NCBI RefSeq assembly: GCF_036321535.1
Contig: NC_087437.1
Coordinates: 46,316,001-46,380,000 of the forward strand
DNA from: Camelus dromedarius
Taxonomy: Eukaryota
Reading direction: 5' to 3'
Length of the DNA: 64,000 nucleotides
Shown here: positions 13,135 through 27,019 of the stretch, piece after piece
Numbering within the stretch: the stretch's first letter is position 1
How the letters are laid out: the number at the start of each line of letters is the position of its first letter
The notes under the pieces: model-generated
What the model was told of the DNA's origin: nothing
Database searches by the model: none
What the model saw: the letters and a program-made list of their open reading frames with translations, nothing else
Program-made: the position numbers and the translations under genes

Positions 13135-13615
13135 GATGGGGAGGGTGGAGCCTGGGCTTTGGAATCAGATGAATCTGGGTTTTGAACATTGTTCTATCCT
13201 ATGTTTGCTTTGTAATCTTGAGCAAGTGTTTTCTGAACTGTAACTGAGAAGTGAAGAGGTATAGTGAAGAGGTCAAGGATATAGCTTCTGGAGGCAGAGT
13301 GCCTGGGTTTGAAATCCTGGCTCTGTTCTTATTTGGCCTGTGACATTAGGCAAGCTGTTTAACTTGCTTTCACCTCAGTTTCCAACCTACAAAACAGGAA
13401 TGATGATTAGAGTACTTTTCTCATTTTTTATGAAGACTGAATTATTACATTAATTTACTTGGAAAGGTATCTGATTCATTGTAAAGACTAGGCATTTATT
13501 GTTAATATTAAACAATGGATAATATTCTTTTCCCATTTTTTGTTAAGATTTTTACATATAAGGTGACGTAAATAAATTACCTGTTATGAAGTTGATGCTC
13601 AATAAAGAGTATCTT
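13135..13615 (+). mobile_element. MIR nested within an older MIR
   Basis: A near full-length MIR at ~13255-13510 ('tgcctgggtttgaaatcctggctctg...cctcagtttccaacctacaaaacagg') is flanked by the 5' and 3' halves of a second MIR. Confidence 0.7.
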
Positions 13616-14344
13616 CTTTATCTTTATTATGAGCAGGCTACGTGAGAATGTTTACAAACGTGGTCTATAGGAGACCTCATTATTATATTACAAACTGAGT
13701 ACGTAAGTACTTAAGAGACCCCAGGTAAAGAAAGATGTTAGAAGAGCCTTCCTCAAGCCCAATTTACAGTCATGCCCCAGGTGAGAGAATCAGACACTAG
13801 AGCTCTTCTGAGGGGAGAGGAGTACATCCGTTGCCTGAACGTTACTGCGGATGAGTAGTGCTGAGAACAATTTCAGAAGCCTGGATGATTGTTATTGTTG
13901 AAATCAACTCAGATCCTGGTGAAAAATCAAATGGATTGTTAAAACCTAGATCATTTAAAAACTGCTAAAATGCATGAGAATGGCTCCGGAAATCCCATCT
14001 GTTTCTTATTTACAGAACTCCTCGTTCCTTTGGTCTGGGCACAGCTGACTCACTTTTCATTGTATTCCTATGGCAGAGTGTTCTGTCATTTCCAAAGAAA
14101 CCAGACAGCAGGTTTTGTGTGCATGAGAAATGTGCATGCTTACCCTTTCTAATTGGTAAGGCTGTCTAAGGATTTGATTACTTGTGATTCATATGGCAAA
14201 GAAAAGGTATAAGGTAGCAAATTTACCTTTGTGTGTGTGTGTGTGTGTGTGTATAAAGCAGTGACGTCTGGACCATGAACCATCCCCTTTCTTTTACTCA
14301 CATTTACACCGAGGGACTGCAGTACACAAATGATTCTGGGAGTG

Positions 14345-14485
14345 TGGGTGAGCACTCTCTAGTCAGACTACTGGCTCTATCCTAATTCCACCACTTAGTA
14401 GCCATGTGACCTTGGGCAAATTAATAAATTCCTCTGTGCCTCACTTTTCTCATCTATAAAAAGGTTGAGTAAGAGTACCTGCCAG
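14345..14485 (+). mobile_element. MIR SINE
   Basis: 'ccacttagtagccatgtgaccttgggcaaattaataaattcctctgtgcctcacttttctcatctataaaa' MIR core. Confidence 0.85.
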
Positions 14486-14668
14486 TGTTATTTAAGATAA
14501 TTAACACTATCTGTTGTAATAGCTTTCCAAATCTTAGAACAGTGTACGTGTATTTCTTACTCATGTCACAGTCTGATGGGAATCACGAGGTTCACCTGGG
14601 TCGCTCCCTTCCAAGAAGTGATTGGATCTAGACATCTTCCATTATGGTACTTGCTCATCTTTTAGGGT

Positions 14669-15270
14669 CATGCCATCTAATACGGCAAGCCCACTACTCA
14701 GCCATAAAAAAGAATGGAATAATGCCATTTGCAGCAATGTGGATGGACCTAATGATTATCATATTAAGTGAAGTAAGTCAGATAAAGACAAGTATATATG
14801 ATATCTTTTATGTGTGGAATCCAAAAAAGTGATACCAGTGAACTTATTACAGAACAGAAACAGACATAAAAAACAAACTTATGGTTACCAAAGAGGAAAG
14901 GACAGGGGGCGGATAAATTGGAAGTTTGGAATTAGCAAGCACACCATACTATATATAAAATAAACAAGTTCCTACTATATATAGCACAGGGAACTACATT
15001 TAATAAGTTGTAATAGCCTATAATAAAAATATGAAAAATAATATATATGTATAACTGAATGACTATGCTGTACACCAGAAACTAACAAAATGTAAATCAA
15101 CTATACTTCAATAAAAATAAATAAATTAATTAATTAATATAGTAAGCACACTAACCACAGTTGGATATTTAAGTTAATTAAAATAAAATACTAAAATTGA
15201 GTTACCCTAGCCACATCTCAAGTGCTCAGGAGACAAATGTGTCTAGTGGTTACCATATTGGACAGCGCTG
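14669..15270. mobile_element. MER3 hAT-Charlie MITE split by L1, itself inside an old MLT1 LTR (~14487-15330)
   Basis: Right part 'ctagccacatctcaagtgctca...ctagtggttaccatattggacagcgctg'; flanking 8-mers tttagggt/tttagggc look like a hAT TSD. Confidence 0.7.
14697..15134 (+). mobile_element. L1 3' end (ORF2 tail plus 3' UTR)
   Basis: Encodes YSAIKKNGIMPFAAMWMDLMIIILSEVSQ (L1 ORF2 C-terminus); ends 'caactatacttcaataaaaataaataa'; degenerate TSD taatacggcaagcccacta / taatatagtaagcacacta. Confidence 0.92.
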
Positions 15271-16439
15271 GTTTAGGGCTTCCTTGGAGTTCTCCACTTT
15301 ATCACCTCCATTTAGCCAGCAAGAGAGAAGCAAGCCCTCCTAGAATATTGCAGGATAAAAGGAAAAAGTTTCAAGATTCTTCCTTCTCTGTTTCATACTA
15401 AGATGAGGGCCTAGTTATTAATAGATCAAAGGATTCTATTTTCTGAATAGAAGACACCACAATTGAGTTCTTTAGGTTTGCATTTTGATATTATACAACA
15501 TTAAAGAATATGCTTTCTTTCTTTTTCTTGATATATTCTGCTCTCAAGCCTATGGCCTTGATGAAAAATCCTATTTTAAATATCAGAAACTGTATATTAT
15601 CGTGGCTTTTCTCTTTCCTTTCCTTTTATAATGTTCTCCCTGACACTGCCATGGGAAGGCAACCTCAGTCAACCTCACGCAGAAGGGAAAAGGACATGAA
15701 CATTTTTCATACTACTACCTTGTTAACACATCTTTCCTCTTTTCAGTAATCCCTGATTCTTTCACAGGAGTCCCCTCTCTAGCTGTTCTCAAGGGTTAAT
15801 GTTTTGGGACCAGGATCTAAATATCTGAGTATGGCACAAAGTGCCTGAGACTAAGACTGTGACCTTATAACAACAACAACAAAAAAATTATCTTATTTAA
15901 CCAATTAATGACAAGGGATCCATCAGACTGGTTTTTGGGCACTGTATACCCAGTTATATGACTATTATTTTATTTGGATTATCTCATTTTTCAGGAAGTT
16001 GCATCCTGTCCTCAGGGAGACAATCTTTAATTGTCTTTCCAACATCACTTTCTGCCTTTTCAAAGTCATGACTAGAGAATATATTAGGAATTTTCCATTT
16101 AAATCATAATTTTGCCACAACAATAATATAATAATGTTTTATTCATTTTTATACATCATTTGACTCATCTGCCCTCATTGTTTTGTTGTAATTTGAGTGT
16201 ATGTTTGGCTCATACTGACAGGGAACACTGAGTGAGGAGACGTGCCATTGATATTTTGAGGGTAACCAGCCAGCTAAAGTAGATTTACATTTGGTGGATC
16301 CCAACTGCAGAAGAGTTCATGACCTTGTGCTTGGACCTTTTATTCTGAAGTGTAGTGTTGTGTTATCACATGTTTAATTAAATTAACTGAGCACTTGCTA
16401 CGTGCAGAGAGTTGCACAGTGGAAAGCTGTAAGAAGAAA

Positions 16440-16640
16440 AAGTCCCTGTCACATTGTCAGTTATTTCCTTCACAGCACTTATTGCGTTACCTAATTATCT
16501 TGTTTATTTATTTCATTACACATGGTCTATCTTGCCCACTGGAAATGCAGAGACTGTCTTTTTTTATTGCTGTAAATCTAGCACCTGGCACATTGCCTGG
16601 GACATAAAAGGTTCAAAAGATAATTTTTTATCTGATTGAA
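16440..16640 (+). mobile_element. L2 3' end
   Basis: 'ctagcacctggcacattgcctgggacataaaaggttcaaaagataatttt' L2 terminus. Confidence 0.7.
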
Positions 16641-19600
16641 AAAAAGATGCTTATATTCTCTGGTAAGAGGATACAATCTGGTTCTCCCACTTCTCCATCT
16701 TTCAAATCTCCTCTGCCCCATTAAACTTTCCTTTCTCACATCCACCCAGGCTCTTCTCTCCTCTGATATCTCAGTGTTTGCTGCTGGTCCTATTTATTCA
16801 ATCTGTGATCTCTCTTTTATTCTCACTTAATTTACACTTCTCTTGTTTATCTCCATATTCATACATGCAAAAGCATCTTGTAAAATGTAAAACATTTCTG
16901 CAGGTATTATTTGTTATAATGATTGTTGTAAGCTCCTTGAGGTCAGTGAAATGAGAGTATAGTTTCTCTTGTTCAACCTTAGTGACTGTATTATGTCAAT
17001 GAATAGTTGGATGAGCGATGACTTTGTCCATATTGCTAAAGATAAAGATCAGTTGTGACCTGAGTTTTTCCTCATGTGCTCATGTGTCCTTATGTAAACC
17101 CCTGCTATCGATATTGTTTCCCTCTGTTTTATCCTTCCTACTTGGCTTTCAAACTAACGTTCATTGTCTACAGATTGTAAGGCAACTTGCTGTCCAGGGT
17201 CAATGATGTACTTGAGATGGAAGTGGGAGTAATTCACTTGCTGAGGGAGACTGCGCTGAAGCCCTCCTGACACTCTGGGGGCCTGATCACTCATAGAGGC
17301 CACAGGTTCTGGCTCAGGCCGTGGCCCTATTCGAGTGGCTTTGTCCAGTGTGTGAACTGCTAGGGGCTTTACGGGAAGAGAACACTCTCTGTGTCTCCAA
17401 ACCATGCTGTGATTCTCCAACACATTCCCAACTGTCCAAGCATTATGAACCAGGAGAGTCGGATAGAATTTGAGTTCACACTCATTAGTATAGGTACCTG
17501 GCTATACACATAGGACACTAGGCCATTTGCCATGCTGGGACAAGGTGCTGGCCCCGAGTGCCATGGAATTGCATCCGATTCGCACAGCAAAGACATTACA
17601 GAAGGCCCCTTTACAAGGGAGTGGACTTCGCCAGAGTTTTCCTGCAGTCATAGGCATGTACTTCCTGAACATTTGGCACCAAGAATTTTGTACCAACTTG
17701 TGAAGCACAGTGCCAGGTTCTATTGCCTGGAATCTCCTTAAAGGTTTGCTCAGATGTTGGCAGAACCAACCAAAAGCATGCTTTCTGTTTATTCCTTTGC
17801 TTTTTTGTTTTCTTTTTGCAAATGAGAACCAGAGGTGTAAATGTTCCATACCAACAGAGCAAGATTGTATCAAAAGCCACGCCTTCTGCCCATGCACACA
17901 ACTCCCATGCTCATCCATTAGTTTTAATCATGCAGGCTTCCCGGACTTTCTGCACTACCAGGTCTGTCATTGCGAGTCTGCTCTGTGAGTCTGTGTTGCT
18001 TCAGGGCACCTTTCCGATGAAAACTGGATAGACTCACTTGGCTGGGTTGTTTAGATATTTGTGGCTTGCATGTTCCAGTATGCGCCTAGCTATTCCAGCT
18101 ACTGGTTTTTTCCCAGGAAGTGGGAGAAGACTTTATCCATTTGTGTTCTGACAAGAGACATTAGGGCCATAATTTAAGCAGTTTCCCCCGAGTTTGGCAG
18201 TAGAGGGTTGCAATCTAACAGAATTCAGTATTGCCTAAGCCAATTCAAATTGGTGCTCCAGCTCACCAGCCCTTTTTAAACTCTCCGCCTGGATAAAACA
18301 GACTCTTGTGAAAATCCATGCCTGAATTTGGGCGGTGGCTTCACCTTTCCTGGAGATGGCTTCTAGAGTGCTGTAGACTTTGCTGAATGCTCCAGGTACA
18401 ATCTCACCACTTAGACTGAGGCACGTCCAGACAAGACTTTTTGACTCACTACGTTGATTTCTGTTGAGAAGCTGCAAGGCTGGACTGATGACCCCAAAAT
18501 GTGGTTTTGTTTTCTCCTTAATTACCTATCTGGCTTCACAGGAAATGGATGTTTGGTTGCTGAAGACAAAAAAGCTGCTCTCCAGCCTCGTGCCTCATGG
18601 CTAGAGCCTTGCTAGGTTAGGCCTTTGTGGAGTGCATTAGAAACACATGCAGGCAGGAGTGAGATAGGAGGTGTGTACCTACCGGTCTCTCAAACACAGG
18701 CAGCCCAGTGTGCATCTTTAGTTTGTGGGGCTGGCTTCATGGAGGAGGGACCCCTTGGAGGTGATTTTTGGATCACATATTGACAAGGCACTCTGGGATC
18801 CACTCCAGTGCAACCAGAACCAGCCAGACATTATCTTAATGTCCCCCATAGAGACCCAGCCTTTTTTACCAGGGGTCACATTCTGGGCACATTTAACTCT
18901 CAGGTGACCTTCAAAAACCCAGTCCATTTCTTGTTGACTTCTAGCATCCTCTACTTCCTGAAAGGTTTCTTCTTCAGTCCCACTCCTCATTCACATGCTG
19001 TTCTCCCTGGCTTCTCTAGTACCTCTCAAGCCTGTCACAATTCTTTCCGGGGCTTTTGAATTTTTTTTCCTAAATCATTTTCCCTAGGTTTCCCAGTCTT
19101 TTCTTCTCTGTGACCCATTAGAGAGGAGTCTACCTTCTGCTTGTGCTCTTTCAGAATAGGCTTCTCATGTTTAACACTCTACGTTCCTACTGACTTGGAA
19201 AAATTGTGTTGGAACCTTTGCTCTGGCACAGTTCAATCACATTTTGGCTGGAAATGTTTTAAACATTAAAACGATGAAGGATGACTTTATTTGCCAGTCT
19301 AGGCAAAAGATCTCTAAAATGGAAAAAAAAAAAGAAAAGAAAAAAACAAAAAGGTCTTTCTGAAGCTGCTGTATGAAAAAGACTCTTGAATATGTAAAAC
19401 CTTTTAGAACACAGCAGGGTGGGGTTGTGCTGGGGTAACTGAGCCTCAGGGAAGCCTCTTTTTTGGGCTGCTCCTTTGGAGTGCCTTTTAAAAGGCGTTA
19501 ATTTTCTCCGCAGGACCTCTCTTCACCCTGAGCTCTTCTGGTGTATAGTCCTTGCCTCTATTTTAGGAGCTAGGGGGCATTTAAAATGTGCCCAGTTGAA

Positions 19601-22600
19601 AATTGAGATCATGGACTAACGCCAACCTTAAACATATTTTTAAATAGGTTCTTAGTCTCCTACCATCTGACTGCTCTGCTCATCAGCACAGCCTCCTTCT
19701 ATCCTATAGCAGGTTTTGGTGAACCGAGGATGAGGCTGGACCTCTTCAATCATGAGATGCAAATCTGGCTCCTGCAGTAATGCCTTTTGGCAGTATTTCC
19801 ACACGTAAGTTGGGGTGTCTTTCATTTTATGCCTGGCTTCACTTTGGAGTCTGTTTAGTGAAGGAGTCTGTTTTGTGGTGACTTGTCACAGCTTTGAGAT
19901 TTTTCAGAGCAGGCCTCTCCAGAAAGGCTGTCTTCAAAGACAGAGTGGCTTCTTTGGCCCTTGGCTAGGACTGACTGCCAAATCTCACCAGGGTTCACAC
20001 CCAGTTGTGGGGAGTGCCAGCTCAGTCAGTTTTGCATAGGCAACGCCATCCCTCAAGGTTCTCTCTCTATCACTGAGGTTGTTTGGTTACCCTGTGCAGC
20101 TGCGCACCCATCACAGAGGGTTTTCTGAACCAGCTTGCCTATTTGGGACCCAGTTTTAATGATGCTACAGCCTTATGAAGCCTGGAGATATCATTGAACA
20201 CTTATTTCAGTTAAATTACATTTCAATTTAAACATTGTTGCCTTCTAGGTGCCAGGCGTGTGTTAGATACTGGAGATGGGGAGCAAAGGGGCATGGTCCC
20301 TACTCTCATGGAGCTTAGAGCCGAGCTTAACTTTTTCATATTTATAAACTTGGCCCTGACAAATTAGGATGCCGTCATGCAGTGCTCAAACTGCATTTCA
20401 TCCCATCCAGAATAGTTCAATTGTATTACATGAGTGTTTTAAAACAGGCTCAAGTCTGTCTGCTTTACGATCAGAAATGTAAAATAATTCATGTTATGGA
20501 TATTGTGGGAAATAGGATTCAACTAATGAATTATAGGAATACTTGCCAATAATCAAATGTAAGAGACTCTTCTCCAACTATTAGAAGCAAAGATGAGGGA
20601 AGAAATGAGGTAAGAACTGAATGTAGAGCAGAGAGTATACTGAAAAACTCCAAGTGGTTATTACAAAGTAGGCTGGAAACAAAACAAAAAGCTCCATTCT
20701 TTTGGTCTCAGAAACCATTGTTGGCGAGGGCTGTTAAGTAAGCATCCAACTTGTTTCCTCTAGCCTGGCTTCCAGAATGCAGTTATGTTGGAAACTATTC
20801 TGCTGATTAAGTTGTTTTTCTTTTTAAACCACTCCCTCTTCTGAGGGAAGAGACGTATTTTATGCACACAAGTCAGTTCTTGTTCATTTTATGTTTTAGC
20901 ACTGTAGGCCTTTATAAGTCTTTAAAATGACATAATAAATCATCATCTAGGCCCTTGACAAGAGAACCTCTGGTTAGAAGCAAAGGGCAGAAGAGGAAAA
21001 GATGATGGAAAAGAATGGAGAAAGGAGAAGTTAGGATGGGAGATGGAAGATGGGGAAATGCCATGTGTGGGTCTGTCCTAGGGGTGGACATTAGGATGGC
21101 TTCAGAAACATCACACAGCATTTGGGTAAAGCCCATGATAACCATTGTTTACTTTCCACACAAGCCCATCATCTCTCTGTGCCTGCTCTACATTCAGGAA
21201 GATTTCTGTCCCTCCTGACACAGGTACCTGTAATGTCTCCAATGAATACGTTTCTAAAACACTGAGTTTAAATAAGTAACACAACAAAGGAAGACTAAAA
21301 ATCTATTAAAGTTTGACTGTAATTTGCACTGATGTAGGAAAGGAAGTAAGTATGTCCTGTCATTCCCTCAGAATCCTCCAGGACAGTTTTCTCTAAGAAT
21401 GATCCGGAGGGTGAGGGCCCCTAATGATTTGCGAGAGACTTATTAAGGAGAAATATCTTGGGCTGGTTTCTTTTATCACTAATTTATGTGATGGCTTCTT
21501 GATCTTAATGATAATTTTATATTTCATTCATCATCTAACAGGGCATCATTCTTAAAATATATTAAAACGTATAACTTTCTTCCTAGTTACAGAGGTGATG
21601 CTTGCTTGTTGTAGGACATTTGAAGAATGCAGAAAAGTCCAGCTAAGAAGTAAAATCACCCATAATTCCAGACATCACCCGCTGTTAGGATTTTGTTTAT
21701 CTTGACAGTCTACGGTTCTTCCCCTCACCCAATTCATTTTGATGATATGTTTATCCGTTGGTTAGTATGTCTGGAGTTTAACTCAACCAGTGAGCTCCAA
21801 GTGACTAAGAAAGTTTATAAACTGCTTGCTTAGGAGACTTTAGTGGAATTAACCAATCTTTTCAGGAAACCAAGCATATGTCTAGAATGCTGCAGTCATC
21901 ATTATTTAGGGAAATCAGTCAGCTTATTCCTTTCTCCCCCAACTTTATTAACATATAAATTGACATACAACCTTGTGTAAGTTTAGGATGTACAATGTGA
22001 TCATTAACACATTCTTTTCCTCACATAATTCCCATTTAGTTGCTGTTGTTGTTATGGTGAGAACAATTAAAATCTACTATTGTAGCAACTTTCAAGTGTA
22101 CAATATGGTACTGTTAATGATAGTCACCGTGCTATAAATTAGATCACTGGAACTTATTCCTCTTATATCTGGAAGTTTGTACCCTTTGACCAATGTCTTC
22201 TCATTCCCCTAACCCCCAGCCCCTGGCAACCACCTTTCTACTCTTTGCTACTATTAATATGACTTTTTTGATTCCCCATGTAATTGAGATTATATGTTTT
22301 TTTCCTGTCTCATTAAACTTAGTGGAATGTCCTCAAGGTCCATCCATCTTGTCACAAATGGCAGGATTTTCTTATTTATTTATTTATTTGGCTGGATAAT
22401 ACTCCATTGTTTATATACACCACATTTTCTTTATCCATTCATCTGCTAGTGGACACCTAGGTTGTTTCCATATCTTGGCTATCGTGAATAATGTTGCAAT
22501 GAACGTGAGAGTGTATCTATCCCTTTGATATAGTGATTTCATTTCCTTTGGGTATATACCCAGAGTAGAATTTCTAGACCTTATGGTAGTTGTAGTTTTA

Positions 22601-23485
22601 ATTTTTTGAGGAACCTCCATACTGTTTTCCATAGTGGCTGTACCAGTCTACATTCCTACCTACAGTACACAAGGGTTCCCTTTTCTCCAACTCGTTGCCA
22701 ATACTTGTTATCTCTTGTCTTTTTTGATAATAGCCATTCTAGGAGGTGTGAGGTGATTTTGGTTTGCATTTCCCTGATGATTAAGGATGCTGAGCACCAT
22801 TTCATGTACCTGTCAGCCATCTGTATATCTTCTTTGGAAAAATGTCTATTCAAATCATTTGCTCATTTTTAAATCAGATTATTTGTTCTTACTTGTTTGC
22901 TATTGAGTTGTGTATATAGTTGTATATACAGCCAATATGTTGTTGTATATATATCCTATATTTTGGGTATTAACCCTTTATTAGAGATATATATATATAT
23001 AATTTGCAAATGTTTTCTCCAATTCCATAGATTGCCTTTTGATTTTATTGACTATGCAGAAGCTTTTAGTTTCGTGTAGCCCCGCTTGTTGATTTTTCCT
23101 TTTATTTCTTGTACTTTTGGTGTCATATCCAAAAAAACCATTGCCAAGACCCATGTCAAGGAGCTTTTCTCCTATGTGTTCTATGAATTTTAGAGTTTCA
23201 GGTCTTATGTTAAGTCCTAATCCATTTTGAGTTAGTATTTGTGAGTGGTGTAAGATAGGGATTCAGTTTCATTCTTTTCCATGTAGGTATCCAGTTTCCC
23301 TTAAACTGTTTATTAAAGAGACTATCCTTTCCCAATTGAGTATTCTTGGCTACCTTGTCAAGTATTAGTTGACCAAATATTATGTATAAGTTTATTTCTG
23401 GGCTCTGATTTCTGTTCCAATGGTCTGTGTGTCTGTTTTTATGCCAGTATCAAACTCTTTTGATTACTATAGCTTTGTAATATTA

Positions 23486-23972
23486 TAGGCATGCATTGGA
23501 GATATTGCAGGTTTGGTTCCAGACCACCACAATATAGCAAATATTGCAATAAAGTGAATCACACAAATTTTTGGTTTTCCAATGCATGTAAAAGTTATGT
23601 TTACACTATACTGTAGTCTGTTAAGTGTGCAACAACATTATGTCTAAAAATGTACATTTCTTAATTAAAAATACTTTATTGCTAAAAATGCTAACCATCA
23701 TGAGCCTTCATTGAGTTGTAATCTTCTTGCAATAGTAACTTGAAAGACCATGGATCACAGATCACCATAAGAAATATAATCATACTGAAAAAGTTTGAAA
23801 TATTTCAAGAATTACCAAGATGTGATACAGAGACACAAAGTGAGAAAATACTGTTGGAAAAATAATGCTGATAGACTTGCTCCATGTAGGGTTGCCACAA
23901 ATCTTCAATTTGATAAAAAAAAATACAGTGTCTGTGCAGCACAGTAAAGGACAATATAATGAGGTATGCCTG
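23486..23972 (-). mobile_element. Tigger1-derived non-autonomous DNA transposon (Tigger1a-like) nested in L1
   Basis: Ends (c/t)aggcat.../...gaggtatgcctg flanked by TA; internal sequence matches both Tigger1 termini as recalled; L1 ORF2 resumes on each side. Confidence 0.88.
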
Positions 23973-26424
23973 TAGTTTGAAGTCAGGAAGTGTAAGCTTT
24001 GGTCTTTCTCAAGATTGCTTTGGCAGTTTGGGGTCTTTTGTGGTTTCACACAAATTTAGGATTGTTTCTTACAATTCTGTGAAAAATGCCACTATGATTT
24101 TGATAGAGATTGTATTAAATCTATAGATGGCTTTGTGTCATATGGACATTTTAACAATCTTATCAACTCTTCCCATCCATGAACATAGGATATCTTTCTA
24201 TTTGCTTGTGTCTTCTTCAATTTCTCTCATCAGTGACAATTTTTGGTTTATAGATCTTTAACGTCCTTGGTTAAATTTATTACTAAGTATTCTTTTTGAT
24301 GCTATTAGAAATGTTATCTTTTAAAAAATTAATTTTCAGGTAGTTCATTATTAGTATATAGAAATGTGACTGATTTTTGCATATTGATTTTGTATCCTGA
24401 AACATTGAATTTGTTTATTTTAAAAGTTTTTGGGTCGAGTCTTTAGGATTTTCTAAATACAAGATCATGTCATCAGCCAACAGAGACTATTTTACTTTCT
24501 CCTATTTGATTTAGATGTCTTTTATTTCTTTTTCTTGCCTAATTTCTCTGGCTAGGACTTCCATTACTATGTTAAATAGCAGTGGTGATAGTGGGTACCC
24601 TTGTTTTGTTTCTGATCTTGGAGGAAAAGCATTCAACTTTTCACTGTTGAGTATGATATTAGCTACAGGCTTGTCATATGTGATCTTTATTATGTGAAGG
24701 TATGTTCCTTCTATATTCAGTTTGTTAACATAAAAGAATGTTGAATTATGTCAAATGCTTTTTATTCATATATTGAGAGAATTATATGATTTTTATCTTT
24801 CATTCTGTTAATGTGGTGTATCACATTTATTGATTTGCATATGTTGAAACATCCTTACATATCGGGGATAAATCTTACTTGATCATGATGTATGATCCTT
24901 AACTGTGCTGTTGAATCCAGTTTTCTAGTATTTTGTTGAGGGTTTCTGCATTGTATTCATTGAGGATATTGACCTATAGTTTACTTTTCCTGTAGTTTCC
25001 TTACCTGGCTTTGTTATGAGGGTAATGCTGGCTTTGTAAAATGAATTTGGGAGTGATCCCTCTTCCTCAACTTTTGGGAGGAATTTGGAAAGGGTTAGCA
25101 TTAATTATTTAAATGTTCAGTAGAATTCACCTGTGAAGCCGTTTGGTCCTAGGCTTTCTTTGTTGGAAGATTTTTGATTACTAATTGAATCTCATTACTC
25201 ATTATTGGTCTATTCAGATTCTCTGTTTCTTTATAATTCAGTCTTAATAAGTTGTATGCTTTTAGAAATTTGTTCATTTCTTCTAGGGTGTCCAATTTGT
25301 TGGTGTAAAATTGTTCATAATGGTCTCTTATGATCCTATGTATTTCTGTGGTGTCACTTGTAATGTCTCCTCTTTATTTAAAATTTTTATTTGGGTTTTT
25401 TCTTTTGTACTTGGTTAGCCTAGCTAAGGGTTTGTCTATTTTGTGTATAGTTTAAAAAAATAGCTCCTAGTTGATTTTTCTATTGTTTTTCTATTCTCTA
25501 TTTCATTTATTTTTTCCTTTGATCTTTGTTATCTCCTTTGCTAACTTTGTGCTTGATATATTCTTATTTTGCAAAGTTAGCTTGTTTATTTATGATCTTT
25601 CTTTTTCTTTTTAAGATAGGCATTAGTTGCTGTAAACTTCCCTCTTAGAACTGCTTTTGCTGCATCTCATTAGTTTTGCTATGTTGTTTCAATTTTCATT
25701 AAACAACAAATTGTTTTAAGATAATTTTTTATTTCACTGTTGATTTCTTCTTTGACCCATTGATTGTTCAGAGTATGTTATTTAATTTCCACACATTTGT
25801 AATTTTCCATTTTTCCTCTTATTGTAGATTCTGATTTCATACTGTTGTGGTCAGAAAAAATACTTAATATAATTTTAGTCTTGTTACATTTACGAAGTCT
25901 GTTTTATGGCCTATGATATGATCTATCCTGAAGAATGTTCTGTGTGTACTTGAGAAAATATGTATTCTGCTGTGGTTGGACAGAATGATCTGTAATGTCT
26001 GTTAGGTCCATTTGATCTAAAGTATACTTCAAGTCCAATGTTTCCTTATTGATTTTTCTGTCTGGATGATCTTTCCATTGATGAAAGTTGTGTGTTGAAG
26101 TCCCCTACTATTACTATATTGTTGTCTGTTTCTTTCTTCAGATCTGTTAGTATTTGCTCAGTGTATTTAGGTGCTTTGATGTTGGATGTATATGTATTTA
26201 TAATTGTTATATCCTCTTGATTAATTGGTCCTTTTATCATTATATAATGACTTCTTGGTCTCTTGTTACGGTTTTTGACTTGAAGTCTATTTTACCTGAT
26301 ATAAATGTAGCTACACACATTTTATTTTCCATTTGCATGGAATTTCTTTTTCTGTTCCTTCACTTTGATCCCTGTGGGTATCTTTAAAGCTGAAGTGAGT
26401 CTCTTATAGGCAGCATATAGTTGG

Positions 26425-26427
<3 letters not shown>

Positions 26428-26472
<45 letters not shown>
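26428..26472. repeat. (TG)n microsatellite inside L1 ORF2
   Basis: Directly visible. Confidence 0.95.
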
Positions 26473-26474
<2 letters not shown>

Positions 26475-27019
26475 AAAACCATTCAGCCACTCTACACATT
26501 TTGATTGGAGAATTTAATTATTCTCAGGGTGTGGTAAAACTGATGTGAGTCTCTCATACAGTGTCCTGAAAGGCTGGGGAAGCTGATCACTCTCACTGCT
26601 GTCCCTTTCCCACTGAGGGGAACTCTTTCTACCTAGGGAGTTCCCTCCTGGTGCTGAGCAGTGCCAAGCTGGGAGATGGGATGAGAAAGGTGAAATCAAG
26701 CTATTCTTTCTTTTTGTGCAGTTATTCTCAGGTTTTTTAAATTAAACTATTTGCTGAGTTTCCTTGGGTAGACTCCTGAGCTCTCACAGAGCTATTTTTG
26801 TTCACAGATAGCTGTCTAATTGTTAATAATTGTGGGGAATGAAGGTTGAGTCTTCTACTCTGCCATTTTGGTGATTTCCCAGTCAGCTTAATCTTAATAT
26901 CACAAATCAAGGACTTTATGCAAGCAGCAAATACTCATCGCCTGGCTTTTAATTTTTTTCCCTAACTCTTCTTTTTTTCTCTAAATTGATACATTTTAAT
27001 CTCTTGAAGCAGTAGTAAT

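Larger units (their letters stand above)
21930..26879 (-). mobile_element. L1 (L1MA-like): 5' end + decayed ORF2 + 3' UTR, ORF1 absent
   Basis: Minus-strand ORF2 remnants (IKGPINQEDITIINTY...[37 protein letters not shown]...IWKQPRCP...WIKKMW). 5' terminus 'caaaatggcagagtag'. TSD cagtcagctta(t/a)tc at 21916-21929 and 26880-26893. Confidence 0.92.
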
